Shown in pieces: positions 28,774 through 39,625 of a stretch of 64,000 nt of DNA. This DNA comes from Polyangiaceae bacterium (GTDB lineage: Bacteria > Myxococcota_A > Polyangia > Polyangiales > Polyangiaceae). Position 1 is the stretch's first letter. Every line of letters starts with the position of its first letter. The DNA lies in assembly GCA_050287085.1 (NCBI GenBank), contig JBNKBE010000020.1:32001-96000 (forward strand), read 5' to 3'. Made by a program: the position numbers and the translations under genes. The notes beneath the pieces are model-generated. The model was not told the DNA's origin. It worked only from the letters and a program-made list of their open reading frames with translations, and ran no database searches.

Positions 28774-30651
28774 TCAATTTCCTGGCGTGCGGATGGAAAG
28801 GGTATCCGAGGCAACAATCTCGGCAACAAGAGCACTGAAGCTCTTTTCCGGGAGCGCCTCGAAGGCGTTGGTGACCGCGCGAACCGCGCAGCTATTGGTG
28901 GGATGGTCCGGTTGTTCGGCGCGGGCGCTGCCTTGGCCTTCGTCAGCTAGCGCGTAGTTGATGAAGTTCATCGTCATGCACCGGGTGAGCGCGTTCGTCC
29001 CCCACGTGGGCTCCATCCGCAGCAACGCTTCGGCAAACTGCTCGGGTGTGCTCACCGTCGCGCGATCGGGAACCTGATCCCCATCCTGGTCGTAGCTGAA
29101 GGCCGTTGGCAACTTGGCCACCGTCCAGTTGGCGTCGATGGGATTGCCGTCCTTATCCGCGGTGCGATAACGTCCCACCGCATCGTAGTTCTCCAACACC
29201 ATGCCCATCGCGTCGAACTGCCCATGGCAGCCAGCACAGACCGTGCCTCGCATCGGATCCGCACGGAAGTCCGCCTTCTCCTTCTCGGTCCAGCCTTCTT
29301 GATCCGCAATCACACCCAGAATGGCAGGGTCGGTGGGCGGCGGCGGATTTTGGGAGCAAACCAGAGCTGCGTTTAGCGCAAGCCCGCGTCCCACAACCGA
29401 CGTACCGTTGGGACGAGACTTTGACGTGAGGAACGCCGCCAGGGTGAGCAAGCCGGAACGCCCTTCGGGCAGCTCCACCTCGGTAAACGTATTCTGGTCG
29501 TCCGTGGGTGCGTCGATGCCATACACGTCGTTGGCCAGCATGTTGTTTACCCAGCCCCGCCGCGTGGTGATGAGATCCCCGAGCGACCCTTCCCACAACA
29601 CGTGGGAGAGGAACTCCTGAGCTTCTCGATACATCGAGTTCTTCAGGCCGGAAGTCACCTCAAAGCCAGGGGTGGCATCCTCGTCCAGAACGATGCCCGG
29701 AACGGTGGTCAACTGGAAGTAGCCCGTCATAGCCGCTTCTAGATTGGCCTTGGCCTCGGGGGTCGCTAGCAAGCGCATCGCATGAGCTCGCAGTGTGTTC
29801 TTGTCAGACAGCTGCCCCGCGTCCGCCGCAGCTCGAAGCTCAGCATCCGGCGGGCCGTCGGTGAGGAAGTACGAAACCTCGCTAGCGATTTCGTGTTGGC
29901 TCAAGCTGCCCTGAATTTCGAAGCCATCACCGATTTCCGTACGGTACAAGAACCCCGGCGAAAGCAAGACCGCGTCGTAGCCGAATTGAACGGCCTCCGC
30001 GACGCTGCCCCCGTTGGTCTCCGTGAGCTCCGTCCACAGGGTCTGATATGAAGTCTTCTCCTCCTCAGACAAGGGACGTCGGTAAGCCTCCGTGGCAAAC
30101 GACAAGACCTTCTCTAGACCACAACCTGCGTCACACGCAGCTTCACCTTCAAACTCGCTCGCGACCAGCGTCATGGCACCGCGCGCGGCGCGATCCCGCA
30201 GGTCAAACTCGCTTTGGCCGAGGGTGGTACCCAACGTGGCCAGCGGCGGGAATGCGCGCAACGTCGCATCTACAACGTCCTCGCCTGCAAACAACTCGGC
30301 CGCTGCCTCGCCGAAGAGGGCCATGTAGGTATTGACCAACTGGTTGTCGGTCAACTTCACGACACGCTTTTGGGTCGTGACCTGATTGCCCACACACTCC
30401 CCCTCGGGAGGAGGAGGCAACACCATGCCACCACCGTTGCTCGTCCCGGCCGAATTCCCGGCGGCGCCACCGGCTCCGGCCATATCCCCACCGCCACCGG
30501 CTGTTGCGCTTCCAGCGCTGCCCGCCTGCGAACCGGCCATATCGGGGGGGTTGGCGTCGCCAGAACAGGCCGCCAAGGAGCTTGCCCCGAGCACCACGAG
30601 CGCAGCGCTCAGGGGTGTCATGAATCTAAATTTTAGCTGTCGCTTCGTCAT
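28774..30651 (-). CDS. DUF1592/DUF1588/DUF1595-type lipoprotein with a CxxCH motif
   Basis: Lipobox LAAC; FATEAYRRPL, LLSPGFLYRTE, SYFLTDGPPDAEL, RSGLLT, TSVVGRG, CAGCHGQFDAMGMVLENYDAVGRYR. Confidence 0.88.
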   Translation of the reverse strand: MTKRQLKFRFMTPLSAALVVLGASSLAACSGDANPPDMAGSQAGSAGSATAGGGGDMAGAGGAAGNSAGTSNGGGMVLPPPPEGECVGNQVTTQKRVVKLTDNQLVNTYMALFGEAAAELFAGEDVVDATLRAFPPLATLGTTLGQSEFDLRDRAARGAMTLVASEFEGEAACDAGCGLEKVLSFATEAYRRPLSEEEKTSYQTLWTELTETNGGSVAEAVQFGYDAVLLSPGFLYRTEIGDGFEIQGSLSQHEIASEVSYFLTDGPPDAELRAAADAGQLSDKNTLRAHAMRLLATPEAKANLEAAMTGYFQLTTVPGIVLDEDATPGFEVTSGLKNSMYREAQEFLSHVLWEGSLGDLITTRRGWVNNMLANDVYGIDAPTDDQNTFTEVELPEGRSGLLTLAAFLTSKSRPNGTSVVGRGLALNAALVCSQNPPPPTDPAILGVIADQEGWTEKEKADFRADPMRGTVCAGCHGQFDAMGMVLENYDAVGRYRTADKDGNPIDANWTVAKLPTAFSYDQDGDQVPDRATVSTPEQFAEALLRMEPTWGTNALTRCMTMNFINYALADEGQGSARAEQPDHPTNSCAVRAVTNAFEALPEKSFSALVAEIVASDTLSIRTPGN

Positions 30652-31049
30652 CGACTTCCTCGCCAAGGAGTTTAGAGCGAGAGCTCGGTTGTCGAGCGCT
30701 CTGGATGGTGCGCAGCGCGTTGGATGCGCCGAACATGCTTCTCAATCGTGATAACTACCCCTTCCGAAGGCAGAAATTCACTGAGTTCTCCACTGACAAG
30801 AGGGCGCTGCTAGCCATGGTGACATTATCCGTCATAGCGACAATTTGAAGAGGGCGATTGTGCGCTATCGTCCAGGAAGGAACCCCCGGACAACGATTTG
30901 AGGACACCACGAGAAACCAGCGTCTGGACTCCGGGCGGCAAAGAACAGGGTCCGCGCGCGCAGCTCGTCCGCGGTATCCACCCGGGCTGGGCAATTTCGA
31001 CGGGGCAGGTTCGCGGGTACACAGCTCGTCCGCCCAATGCCCGTCGCCC

Positions 31050-32768
31050 TCAGACGTTCCCGGAAATTCCTGCGCGGTGGACGCCACCCGCGATCGCCTC
31101 GGCGAGGGCGTGGGTCACAGATAGGCTCCCAAGGTCCAACTCTAGCAGCAGGTGACCTATCGGCTCGCCGCACCACGTCAACGCCTGCACCGTGTAGGAG
31201 CGGCCGTCATGGCCCCCTGCGGTGGCCAGCTCTTTGGGAAGCAACTCGCGGCGTGAGAAGGTCTTGCCGTGAAATGCACTCAGATCCGCCTCCGCGTCGA
31301 ACGCGCAGAGTAGCCGTGCCGCTTCGTCCTCCGCCGCCGCGTAGAGCGCGACGAAGGCGCCTTTGATACCCAAGACCGGCAGGTGCTCACGAAAAGCGCC
31401 TTGAAGCTCGCCAAGGTCCGTCGCACAGGAAAAGCGATTGCAGATGGTGGCCACGCTCCGATTCCAGCGCAGCAGGTCGATGCGATCGTTCTGGAGCGCC
31501 CGCTGTGACATCTCGAACAACATCGTACGCGCCACGTGCATCAACGCTTCCAGACGATCCCGCTCCGTCCGACTGTCCTCTCCGAATAGCGGTACGAGCT
31601 GGTGGCGGAGAACCCGAACGACCTCGTCCAGCCGTTTGAGCTCAGTGGTACCCGGCAGTACTCGCTCCGCAATGGCCTGAACGGTCTGCAAGAAGGCGCC
31701 GCCATCGCTCTGCTGCAAAGCGTCTACGACCGCGGCAAAGAGCCGCTGCTCCCAACCGCGCCCAGCCGCCCCCAGTGTGCCTTGCGAGCGCCGTGTTAAC
31801 TCCAACTGAATGCGCTCGCGATTGATCAGCAACCCCCCGCCGAGACGGCCGAAGCTGGGCGCGCGAATCGAGTGCTGGTCCGCCGTGAAGCCGCTGCATC
31901 CGCAGGAGCGACGAACCACCAGCTCGACCTCCAGCACCTGGTTTTGTGGCTGGCTGCGGTGTTGAACCTGGGCGAGAACCAGTCGCATGGCTTCCTGCCC
32001 AAGGCGCGGCATCGGCTGCCGCAGGGTAGATAGGGGCGGGTAGGTCAACTCCGCCTCGGTGATATCGTCAAATCCGGTGACAGCCACGTCGGCAGGAATG
32101 GCCACGCCCCGATCCTGAAGCGCCCGCATGACGCCTATGGCCATCCGATCGTTGCACGCAACGACGGCATCGAGATCCGTCAGGCCCCCGCCCAGGGCGA
32201 GCGCGAGCTCCGAAACCGCTCGGACGCCGCTTTCGAAGCTGAAGTCCCCCGCCACCACGAGCTTCTCATCCACCGGCAGCTTGTGGCGCTGGAGCACGGA
32301 ACGAAATGCGCGCTCGCGCAGATCCGCCTCGTCATTGTCTGTCGGGCCCCGCACGAGAGCTAGGCGCCGTGCGCCGTGGGACTCGATCAAATGTCGCACC
32401 ATCCGCTCCATCCCACGCTCGTTGTCGGGCGTGACGGAAAGGGTGCTGCTGGAATCCCCGCCGACGCTGCAGCAGGGCGAGCCAACAAAACGCTGTTGGA
32501 ACTGCCGTAGGCCGTCAACCCCGATTTCGTGATTCAAGCCCGTGCCGGAAAGCACGAAGCCATCGCAGACCGCCTGAGACGCGAGCTCGTAGACCCAATG
32601 ACGACCGTCACCCAGCGTGGCCTCACGCGGCAACGCGCCGCCTACGAAACACAGCAGATTGGCGCCCCCGGAGCGGGCTGTCTCGAGTAGGCCGCGAACG
32701 ATTTCTACTTGATAGGGATCGGAGAAACCGTCGGCGAGGTAGCCAATGGTGTGGGCTTGAGCGCCCAT
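31050..32768 (-). CDS. Protein with a LacI/GalR-type sugar-binding domain (no HTH) and an unassigned C-terminal region
   Basis: DNERGM...HL...HG, ACNDRMAIG, VAVTGFDD, PPLSTLRQP, ELVVRRSCGC; begins directly at the ligand-binding domain. Confidence 0.82.
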   Translation of the reverse strand: MGAQAHTIGYLADGFSDPYQVEIVRGLLETARSGGANLLCFVGGALPREATLGDGRHWVYELASQAVCDGFVLSGTGLNHEIGVDGLRQFQQRFVGSPCCSVGGDSSSTLSVTPDNERGMERMVRHLIESHGARRLALVRGPTDNDEADLRERAFRSVLQRHKLPVDEKLVVAGDFSFESGVRAVSELALALGGGLTDLDAVVACNDRMAIGVMRALQDRGVAIPADVAVTGFDDITEAELTYPPLSTLRQPMPRLGQEAMRLVLAQVQHRSQPQNQVLEVELVVRRSCGCSGFTADQHSIRAPSFGRLGGGLLINRERIQLELTRRSQGTLGAAGRGWEQRLFAAVVDALQQSDGGAFLQTVQAIAERVLPGTTELKRLDEVVRVLRHQLVPLFGEDSRTERDRLEALMHVARTMLFEMSQRALQNDRIDLLRWNRSVATICNRFSCATDLGELQGAFREHLPVLGIKGAFVALYAAAEDEAARLLCAFDAEADLSAFHGKTFSRRELLPKELATAGGHDGRSYTVQALTWCGEPIGHLLLELDLGSLSVTHALAEAIAGGVHRAGISGNV

Positions 32769-33100
32769 CTTGGTCAAAGAGCGAAACACTATCGATGCTT
32801 CCAGCCAGCGCAGAGAAAACGCGACCCTGCGAAACTGCTGGTTCCCCACCGCCCAGCGCGGCGATGGATTTATGCCTCCAAATGCTCGCCCGCGCCAGGC
32901 GTACTCCACGCCGGCCCCCAAGACACATGCCCCTCTGCCAGGGGCAGGCTACAACCGCCCGGCCGGCGACGGGCCATCTACGCGCCTCGCAGGCCGAGGC
33001 GGCGCCCTCGGGCTTGCGGCACTCTGCTCCTCGGCGACGCTGCAGCCAAAGCGCGTGCCCCGCCGGAACCAGCGAGGCTGCGCCGCTCAACGAGGCCCTC

Positions 33101-34042
33101 TCACGGAAGCGAAACGCGAACCGCCGTGTACGGGGTGTCGGGCTCAGGCGGCGTCGCGAAACGCGCATTGGCTGCGTAGAGCGAATGCCCCACTGCGGCT
33201 ATCGTGGCGGGAATGTCAAATCCGTCACTGGTGAGCACATGGGTCACCTCGCCGCTGGTGAAGTCGCGCGACAGCGAGACCTCTGCGATCTGATTGAAGA
33301 AATTCTGCACTACGTACAGCTTGCACCCGACGAATAGAATGCCGTCACCGAAGCTCAAGTCCGCGCCGCCAAGATCGATTTCCTCGGCCACACCGGTGTC
33401 TGGGTCGACCTTGTAGAGCACCCCCAGCGTCGTGTGGACAATGACGAGCGAACCGCCAAAGTAGCGCGCTTCGATGCCATTGCTGTTGAACTGACCGTCG
33501 AGGTGCTGGTAGTCGCCACTCAGCGGGATTTCTTCAATTGCCGCATCCGGCGCCAGCCGACCAGAGTGACCGAGCGGCAATCGATAGACGACCGGACGAA
33601 ATGAGTCCGTGATATAGACCGCGCGGCGAGTGACCACGACGTCGTTGACGAGGGTAGCCGGCGAGTTGGTTGCCTCCAACACGGCAACCTCGGCGCCCGT
33701 GATGGCGTTGTAAACGAACACCTTGCCCGTTGGGCCACCCGCCACGTACAGGTTGTTGGTGCGACGATCCCACTTCATGCCGAGAGCCGAGCGCCCCTCC
33801 ATCGCGGGAACAAAGACGCTGCCGCTACCCGTACGCGGGTTAACACGGTAGATGCTACCCGTAGCGATGGACCCTACGAAGAGGGAACCCCGCGGTGCCA
33901 CGGTAATACCTTCGGGCTGAAAGCCATCCGGCAAGTCCAGCGTGTCCTGCAGTCCGTAGTTGAAGTCGTGGGCTGCTGCTGGTTTCGAGACGGCAAATAA
34001 CGAGATTGCCATCGCGAATGCGAACGAGATTAGAGATTTCAT
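33101..34042 (-). CDS. Secreted SMP-30/gluconolactonase-like beta-propeller protein
   Basis: Signal peptide; GFQPEGI, LYVAGG, VNDVVV...YITDS, NSNGI, GDGI...LYVVQN. Confidence 0.75.
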   Translation of the reverse strand: MKSLISFAFAMAISLFAVSKPAAAHDFNYGLQDTLDLPDGFQPEGITVAPRGSLFVGSIATGSIYRVNPRTGSGSVFVPAMEGRSALGMKWDRRTNNLYVAGGPTGKVFVYNAITGAEVAVLEATNSPATLVNDVVVTRRAVYITDSFRPVVYRLPLGHSGRLAPDAAIEEIPLSGDYQHLDGQFNSNGIEARYFGGSLVIVHTTLGVLYKVDPDTGVAEEIDLGGADLSFGDGILFVGCKLYVVQNFFNQIAEVSLSRDFTSGEVTHVLTSDGFDIPATIAAVGHSLYAANARFATPPEPDTPYTAVRVSLP

Positions 34043-34367
34043 TTTTTACGGGTCCTCCTCTTTCGCTATTTTGCTAGATCAAGTCGTCATCAAGCGCCAC
34101 CGCGCCGTTGCGCCTGCAGCCCTATTCAGTTTCCAGGCCGGCGCCCCTTGGTAGCGTGTTTCCAGGATCGTCACGGACGGCCCCGCTGCACGCAGGCACC
34201 CCTCCGCACCGGCACGGCACGACCTGCCCAGGCGATGGTCCGCACGCACTAGCCCAGGCGCGAGCCCCAGCGCGCATTTCCGCGCAAACTGCACCCGGTG
34301 AACCATTCCGAACCCGAACGCGACGCGCCGCGTGCCCACGGGCAATCGTCGTGACCCGAAGCTCCGA

Positions 34368-36206
34368 CTACTGAACGAGCAAAATCCTGCAGCCATGACA
34401 AGCGCCGTCGACAGCGTCGTCACAATCTTCTCCATGAGTCACGAGACCGTCACCGCAGAACTCAGCGAGCATGCAGTCGGTGCCGCAATGATTGTACTCA
34501 TCGGCATTGAGTTCGCCGTCGTCGCACTCCTCACCAAATTCGACGGTTCCGTTGCCACACTCACCCGCACACGCTGAGCGGATGGGAACAAAACCAGACA
34601 AAGTGAGGCGAAACGTTGAGCCCGTCGTGTGCCGCTCAGCGTGAAACACCTTGATTGGATAGACGTTGCCGGGCGTCATGCCATGAGCACTCCCCGTCCC
34701 GCCTACGAAATGATCGTCAGAGCCGGAAACCATCACTTCGCCGCCAACAGCTGAGTGAAGGCCTCCTAGGTCCAGTGCTAGGCGGCCATTGATGAAGACC
34801 CATACGTCATCGTCACCCGCAAAACGCAGAGTCGCCTGCGTCGAGTCTTCGAAGGGAAACCAGTATTCGACCTCCGATGTGAACGAGAAGTTATGCAGCG
34901 GACCTGAGCCGGTCAGCTCGAATTCGCTGTACAGCACCCCGTTCAAGCCGTACTCGGTGGTCGCGACTTGCGCGGTCGACACTGCGTCGCCACGAGCATC
35001 GTCAATGCCGTCGATGGGGAAGAAGAAAGGTGTCCCGTAGAACGGCCCGCAATGCGGAGCCGTCGCACAATCGGTGTTCTGGTAGCTACCCACCTTCGTG
35101 TACCAAGGCTCGCCGTTGGCGCCGTGACGATTGACGTAGTTGCCGTCTCCGTCGTCGTAGAGCACTAGCTCGGTCGGATAGGTGGTGCTGCTCGGGCCAT
35201 CGTTGTACCAATCGGCAAAGCCGCCGGTGCACATCTCGCTGCCCGTGGCAATCGGCTTGCCATCGACCAAAGCGGGTTCTACCAAGCCCAGAGTGGGCGC
35301 GCTCCCGGAACACGTGGACTCGAAGTCGGGGTGAGTGAAATCGAAGTCGCGATAAACAACAGGCACGCGAAGCACACACTCATCGGTCGCCTCAGAGCGT
35401 TCGCACTCGAGCAGCCGTGCTTCGCATGAATAGCCCGGCTCGATCTGACAGTTCGCGTCGCAGCCGTCACCGGGTAGCAGATTGCCGTCGTCACACGCTT
35501 CCCCAAGCACGATCCCGTCGCCGCAAGCGGACGTGCAGGGGCCGCTGCCGGAGCAGTCGGGCGCAAACTGACACTGCGACGTGCAACCCTGATCGCTATC
35601 AGGCTCACAACGCTCGGTGCCTTCGACCTTGCCATCGCCACAGACGGTGGGCTCACACTCGCTAGGCTGCCCGGAACACTTGAACCCAGACTCAAGCTGA
35701 CACGCAGCATCGCAGCCATCACCCTCGTCTAGGGCGCCGTCATCACACTGCTCAGGAAAGCCGACAACTCCGTCGCCGCAACGAGTGAAGGGGATACACT
35801 CCTGCGGCGCGCCAGCGCGAGGAGGCTTGCACACATAACCCGGCTCGATGAGTAAGCAGTTCGCAGCACAGCCGTCGCCGTCGGCCTGATTGCCGTCGTC
35901 GCAAGCTTCGCTGTCGCCCAACAGACCATCGCCGCAAACGCCAAGCGTATTCATGGGCGTCTGAATGAGGGTCTCCTCCGGACCGTCGTCCCCAGGGCCT
36001 CGATCCGGGACGCTTGCGACCGCCCCCGCGCCGGCACCGGCAGACGCAGAACTACCGGCGGAACCCTCCGACTCGGGCGACTCTCCACTGTTGGAACAGG
36101 CTATGAGACCCACGCCAGATACGAGGAGAAGGCTTGCCACAATGCCCGGGAAGGCGGCCGGAGTCGGTGACAGCGAGCGGGAACGAAGAGAGGAATGCGG
36201 TGCCAT
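34368..36206 (-). CDS. Lipoprotein with myxobacterial Cys-rich repeats (DUF4215-like) and a fibro-slime/PA14-like domain
   Basis: Lipobox LIAC; repeated CGDG...CDDGN...GDGC...C; YRDF...HPDFE, HNFSFTSE, GDDDVWVFING...LDLGGLH, FHAERHTTGS. Confidence 0.9.
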   Translation of the reverse strand: MAPHSSLRSRSLSPTPAAFPGIVASLLLVSGVGLIACSNSGESPESEGSAGSSASAGAGAGAVASVPDRGPGDDGPEETLIQTPMNTLGVCGDGLLGDSEACDDGNQADGDGCAANCLLIEPGYVCKPPRAGAPQECIPFTRCGDGVVGFPEQCDDGALDEGDGCDAACQLESGFKCSGQPSECEPTVCGDGKVEGTERCEPDSDQGCTSQCQFAPDCSGSGPCTSACGDGIVLGEACDDGNLLPGDGCDANCQIEPGYSCEARLLECERSEATDECVLRVPVVYRDFDFTHPDFESTCSGSAPTLGLVEPALVDGKPIATGSEMCTGGFADWYNDGPSSTTYPTELVLYDDGDGNYVNRHGANGEPWYTKVGSYQNTDCATAPHCGPFYGTPFFFPIDGIDDARGDAVSTAQVATTEYGLNGVLYSEFELTGSGPLHNFSFTSEVEYWFPFEDSTQATLRFAGDDDVWVFINGRLALDLGGLHSAVGGEVMVSGSDDHFVGGTGSAHGMTPGNVYPIKVFHAERHTTGSTFRLTLSGFVPIRSACAGECGNGTVEFGEECDDGELNADEYNHCGTDCMLAEFCGDGLVTHGEDCDDAVDGACHGCRILLVQ

Positions 36207-36484
36207 GGCGAATCGGGTGACTACACCTTACACGCAATCGTGGGCGCTCGCAGCGCTGCCGTGTGCAGGGCCCCCTAGCTCCCCCTAAATGCGTGCGTCC
36301 GGGCCATGCGACCCATCAAATGCGGAAACTCGGACAGACAGACGAGAATATCCCGCCAGGGGTGAGGTCCACTTCGCCCTCTTCGGGCTGAATTCGCCGT
36401 GAAATTCGGCGTCGCTTTTCTCTCGCGCTGCCTCGCCGAAACACTCACGACGCAAGGCGCCGCTACGCTCGCCAATCAAACCCA

Positions 36485-36991
36485 ATGCAGAGCCCAGCGA
36501 TGCTAAAATTGGACCCTCTCCAGATCAAACGCCTCCGCGATGAATTGCAGCGGCGCGGCAGCGTTTCCCAAAGTCCCCGTCCCTACGATCGCGGGGACGG
36601 GCGTACAGCCGCCGCGTGGACTCGTCTACGTCCTTTGGTCGAGGGGATGTTTCTGGTCATGGCGGCCGACGGAGAGATCTCAAATGCAGAACGGGACGTG
36701 CTGCGCGGAGCCGTGCGCACGCTCACGGGAGATCAACTGGGAACCGCGGCTGCCGACGATATGATCCTGGAGTGTGATGCTCTGCTGCACACCTACGGCC
36801 GAGATGCGCGCCTCGACGTAATCGCATCTGAGCTCTGGTCAGCGCGGCACGATCAGCAGCTGGCCCTGTCATTGGTTCTAGCCATGGCCCGTGCCGACGA
36901 CCACATCGATCCGGCGGAACGAGATGCCATTGTTGAACTGGCGGAACGCCTCAACGTACCGGAAGCGCTAGAAACGCTCGATAGTATCTAG
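36485..36991 (+). CDS. TerB-family protein
   Basis: MFLVMAADGEISNAER and MARADDHIDPAERDAI...LAERL. Start could be ATG 36500. Confidence 0.82.
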   Translation: MQSPAMLKLDPLQIKRLRDELQRRGSVSQSPRPYDRGDGRTAAAWTRLRPLVEGMFLVMAADGEISNAERDVLRGAVRTLTGDQLGTAAADDMILECDALLHTYGRDARLDVIASELWSARHDQQLALSLVLAMARADDHIDPAERDAIVELAERLNVPEALETLDSI

Positions 36992-37005
36992 GCACAGTCC
37001 GTGTC

Positions 37006-37761
37006 CTAGCGACCTTGATCACGACACAGTCCAGCGTGACGCTGAGGACAGGCGATCCGTACGTGAAAGTGGTCGTCATGGGGCGATGCATTGTGCGGTT
37101 GGAGCATGAGCTCTGCCGCAGCGTCCACGAAAGGCGCGAAGGCCGGACGCGAGCTGGCGAACGCCAGCAAGCGCCGCCGCAGGTGAGCGGCCACGAACAC
37201 GTGACGAATATCGGCTCGCTCGTCCTGCAACCAGGTCTGAACCATCAGCCAGTTGCGGTAGTCATCAAAGCGTAGCCCGCTACCATCTCTCGCCTTCCCC
37301 TCGGCGTCGTAGGCCACGAAATGGTCCAAGCTCCGGGGCTGCCCCGCCTGGTCCAAGGCAAAGAAGCCGACGTCCGCATCGCGACCACTCTGATGCGAAC
37401 GATGCCCGTACAAGGGCCCACCTTGCTCGGACGACAGATCTCCGACCAGAAGAGGTTCACTCTGGACGTTGCGCACCATCTGCTTGGCGGTGCGCTGCAG
37501 CATCAGAACTAGCGCGGGATGACCGAAAGCAACCGTCTCGCTCCGCTCTTTGATATGGAGATATTGGGTCGCTCTCAGCCTCTTGGCTCGAAGCTGCCAA
37601 CCGCTCGCAGGACTGCCCACGGAAAGTGACATCACCGAGTAAGGAGCCGCGCGATACTGAGGCGGCAATTGCCGCCCCGAGCCTGCTGCGGCCACACTGC
37701 CCGCAAGCCCTACGAGGCCCCATGCCCCCACCAATACATACCCGACTACCGCGCGAACCAT
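37006..37761 (-). CDS. Penicillin-insensitive murein endopeptidase (MepA family)
   Basis: VGDLS...GG...GHRSHQSGRDAD and HDDHFHVRIACP Zn motifs; signal peptide. Confidence 0.87.
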   Translation of the reverse strand: MVRAVVGYVLVGAWGLVGLAGSVAAAGSGRQLPPQYRAAPYSVMSLSVGSPASGWQLRAKRLRATQYLHIKERSETVAFGHPALVLMLQRTAKQMVRNVQSEPLLVGDLSSEQGGPLYGHRSHQSGRDADVGFFALDQAGQPRSLDHFVAYDAEGKARDGSGLRFDDYRNWLMVQTWLQDERADIRHVFVAAHLRRRLLAFASSRPAFAPFVDAAAELMLQPHNASPHDDHFHVRIACPQRHAGLCRDQGR

Positions 37762-37996
37762 CGATTTCGGTGACCCCTAGAGCAGTCCCTCCAGCGGGGC
37801 CAAGTCTTTGCCCAAGGAGTGCTTTTTCGTCGCTCTCCAAGGGCGTTCGAAGGCAGCGCCAGACCCGACCCTGACCACGACGGATACCAGACCTCTTGCT
37901 GCTCCTCGGACTCAGCGACCGTCGCCGCTGCCCTGGGGCTCACGGCCTGGGGCTTCTCGATCGGCGGCGACATCCGGCACCGGCTGGGTGCCGCAC

Positions 37997-39625
37997 TCAA
38001 TCGCCAAGCAGACCTTCATACAAATAGGCCGCTCCGGCTTCCGGAGTGGCGTTGTCGTCCAGATCCCCTCCTAGGCCGGTCGATGAGCTCGCCTCTCGAT
38101 CGGCCCCAACCGCCACCCAAGAGCCATCTCCGGAAAGCGAAAGCGACCATCCGAAACGGTCCCCAATACCCGGCTTGGTAGCTTTGATGTACGCGCGCTG
38201 CGACCAAGTCGACTCGGCGACGCGGAATAGGTATGCGGCTCCCGACTCGCTCGCAGAATCATCGCCCTGCGCAGCGCCCGTATCGCGCAGCACGCTGTCC
38301 TCGAGGGCCGCACCGACTAGCGCGCTCTTTCCGTCTGCGGCCAGCGCAACGCGAAAGCCAAACTCGTCCCCAACTCCCGAGTTGGAAGCTTTGAGGTACG
38401 CCGCATAGCTCCAAGTCTCACCCGCGCGCTCGATCACGTACGCAGCCCCCGCATATGGCGCGCTCGTATCGCTGGAATCACCATCGACGCCACTGGCCGC
38501 GCTAGCGTCGCCGGGAGCCCCAACGAGCAGCACTTGGCCATCACCAGACAACGACACCGCCGTGCCGAAATTGTCATCACCGACGCCCCCGTTGGCGGGT
38601 GGCTTCAGGTACGCCTGCTGTTGCCACTCGCCCTCTCGCTGCGAAAAGACGTAGACGGCTCCGGTGCGCGGCGCGGAATTATCCATCGGATCGCCATCGA
38701 CACCATTGGCGACACTGTCCTCCCAATAGGCGCCGACGGCCAGCCACCGACCGTCTCCCGAGAGCGCAACCGTGCCCCCGAATTCATCACCCGCGTCCGG
38801 ATTGGATGCCTTCAGATAGGCGGTGGGCGTCCAGCCATCGTTGGCGCGCGTGAAGGTGTATACCGCGCCGGCGCCGTACGCGAGAGGCTCTCCGGGCTCT
38901 GGGTCAACCCCGGTCGCCGCACTCGGCTCCCCCTGGGCGCCCACCGCCAAGACGTCGCCATCTGCAGAAAGCGAGAGCGAGATCCCGAAGAAGCTCCCCT
39001 CCGAAACATAAGAGGCCTTGACGTATGCCTGCTGTTCCCAGCCGGATGGGCCCCGAGCAAATACGTAGGCGGCGCCCGTGTCGGACGCCGAGTTATCACT
39101 CGCATCGCCGTCGACCCCGGTGGCCGCGCTTGCCTCAAACGGCGCGCCTACCGCCAGGGTCGAGCCATCCGCGGAAAGCGCCACCGCACTGCCGAACATG
39201 TCTCCGCCTTCGGCATTGGACGCCTTCAGATATGCGGTCTGCTCCCAGACTCCCTCTTCACGTTGAAAAATGTAGACAGCTCCGGCTTCTTTGGCGCTGT
39301 CGTCCGCTTGATCACCATCAACGCCCGTGGCGGCACTGGCTTCACGACTTGCCCCAACCGCCAACGTATTGCCGTCCGCTGATAGTGCCATCGCTACTCC
39401 GAATAGGTCACCGGCTCCGGCATTGGACGCCTTGAGATAAAGCGGACCGCCGGGAGCTTCGAGCGCCTCGCCTGCATCCGGCGCGCCGGCTTCCGCCATC
39501 CCCTGGCTGCCGCCCTCGGAACTCGGCTCGGGACCGAAACTGGACTCCTTGTCGGAACAGGCGAGAGCGAGAGACAATGCGCCCAACACAAGTGCAACGC
39601 GGCACGACGGGATCCGACACTTCAT
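37997..39625 (-). CDS. FG-GAP / integrin-alpha-like beta-propeller lipoprotein
   Basis: Lipobox ALAC; seven repeats of YLKASN...GDxFG...LSADG...VGA...S...GVDG...DNSA...GAxY. Confidence 0.9.
   Translation of the reverse strand: MKCRIPSCRVALVLGALSLALACSDKESSFGPEPSSEGGSQGMAEAGAPDAGEALEAPGGPLYLKASNAGAGDLFGVAMALSADGNTLAVGASREASAATGVDGDQADDSAKEAGAVYIFQREEGVWEQTAYLKASNAEGGDMFGSAVALSADGSTLAVGAPFEASAATGVDGDASDNSASDTGAAYVFARGPSGWEQQAYVKASYVSEGSFFGISLSLSADGDVLAVGAQGEPSAATGVDPEPGEPLAYGAGAVYTFTRANDGWTPTAYLKASNPDAGDEFGGTVALSGDGRWLAVGAYWEDSVANGVDGDPMDNSAPRTGAVYVFSQREGEWQQQAYLKPPANGGVGDDNFGTAVSLSGDGQVLLVGAPGDASAASGVDGDSSDTSAPYAGAAYVIERAGETWSYAAYLKASNSGVGDEFGFRVALAADGKSALVGAALEDSVLRDTGAAQGDDSASESGAAYLFRVAESTWSQRAYIKATKPGIGDRFGWSLSLSGDGSWVAVGADREASSSTGLGGDLDDNATPEAGAAYLYEGLLGD

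Noticed and set aside
36485..36991. Tellurite-resistance (ter) operon
   Set aside because: Only an isolated TerB-like gene; no terC, terD or terZ nearby.
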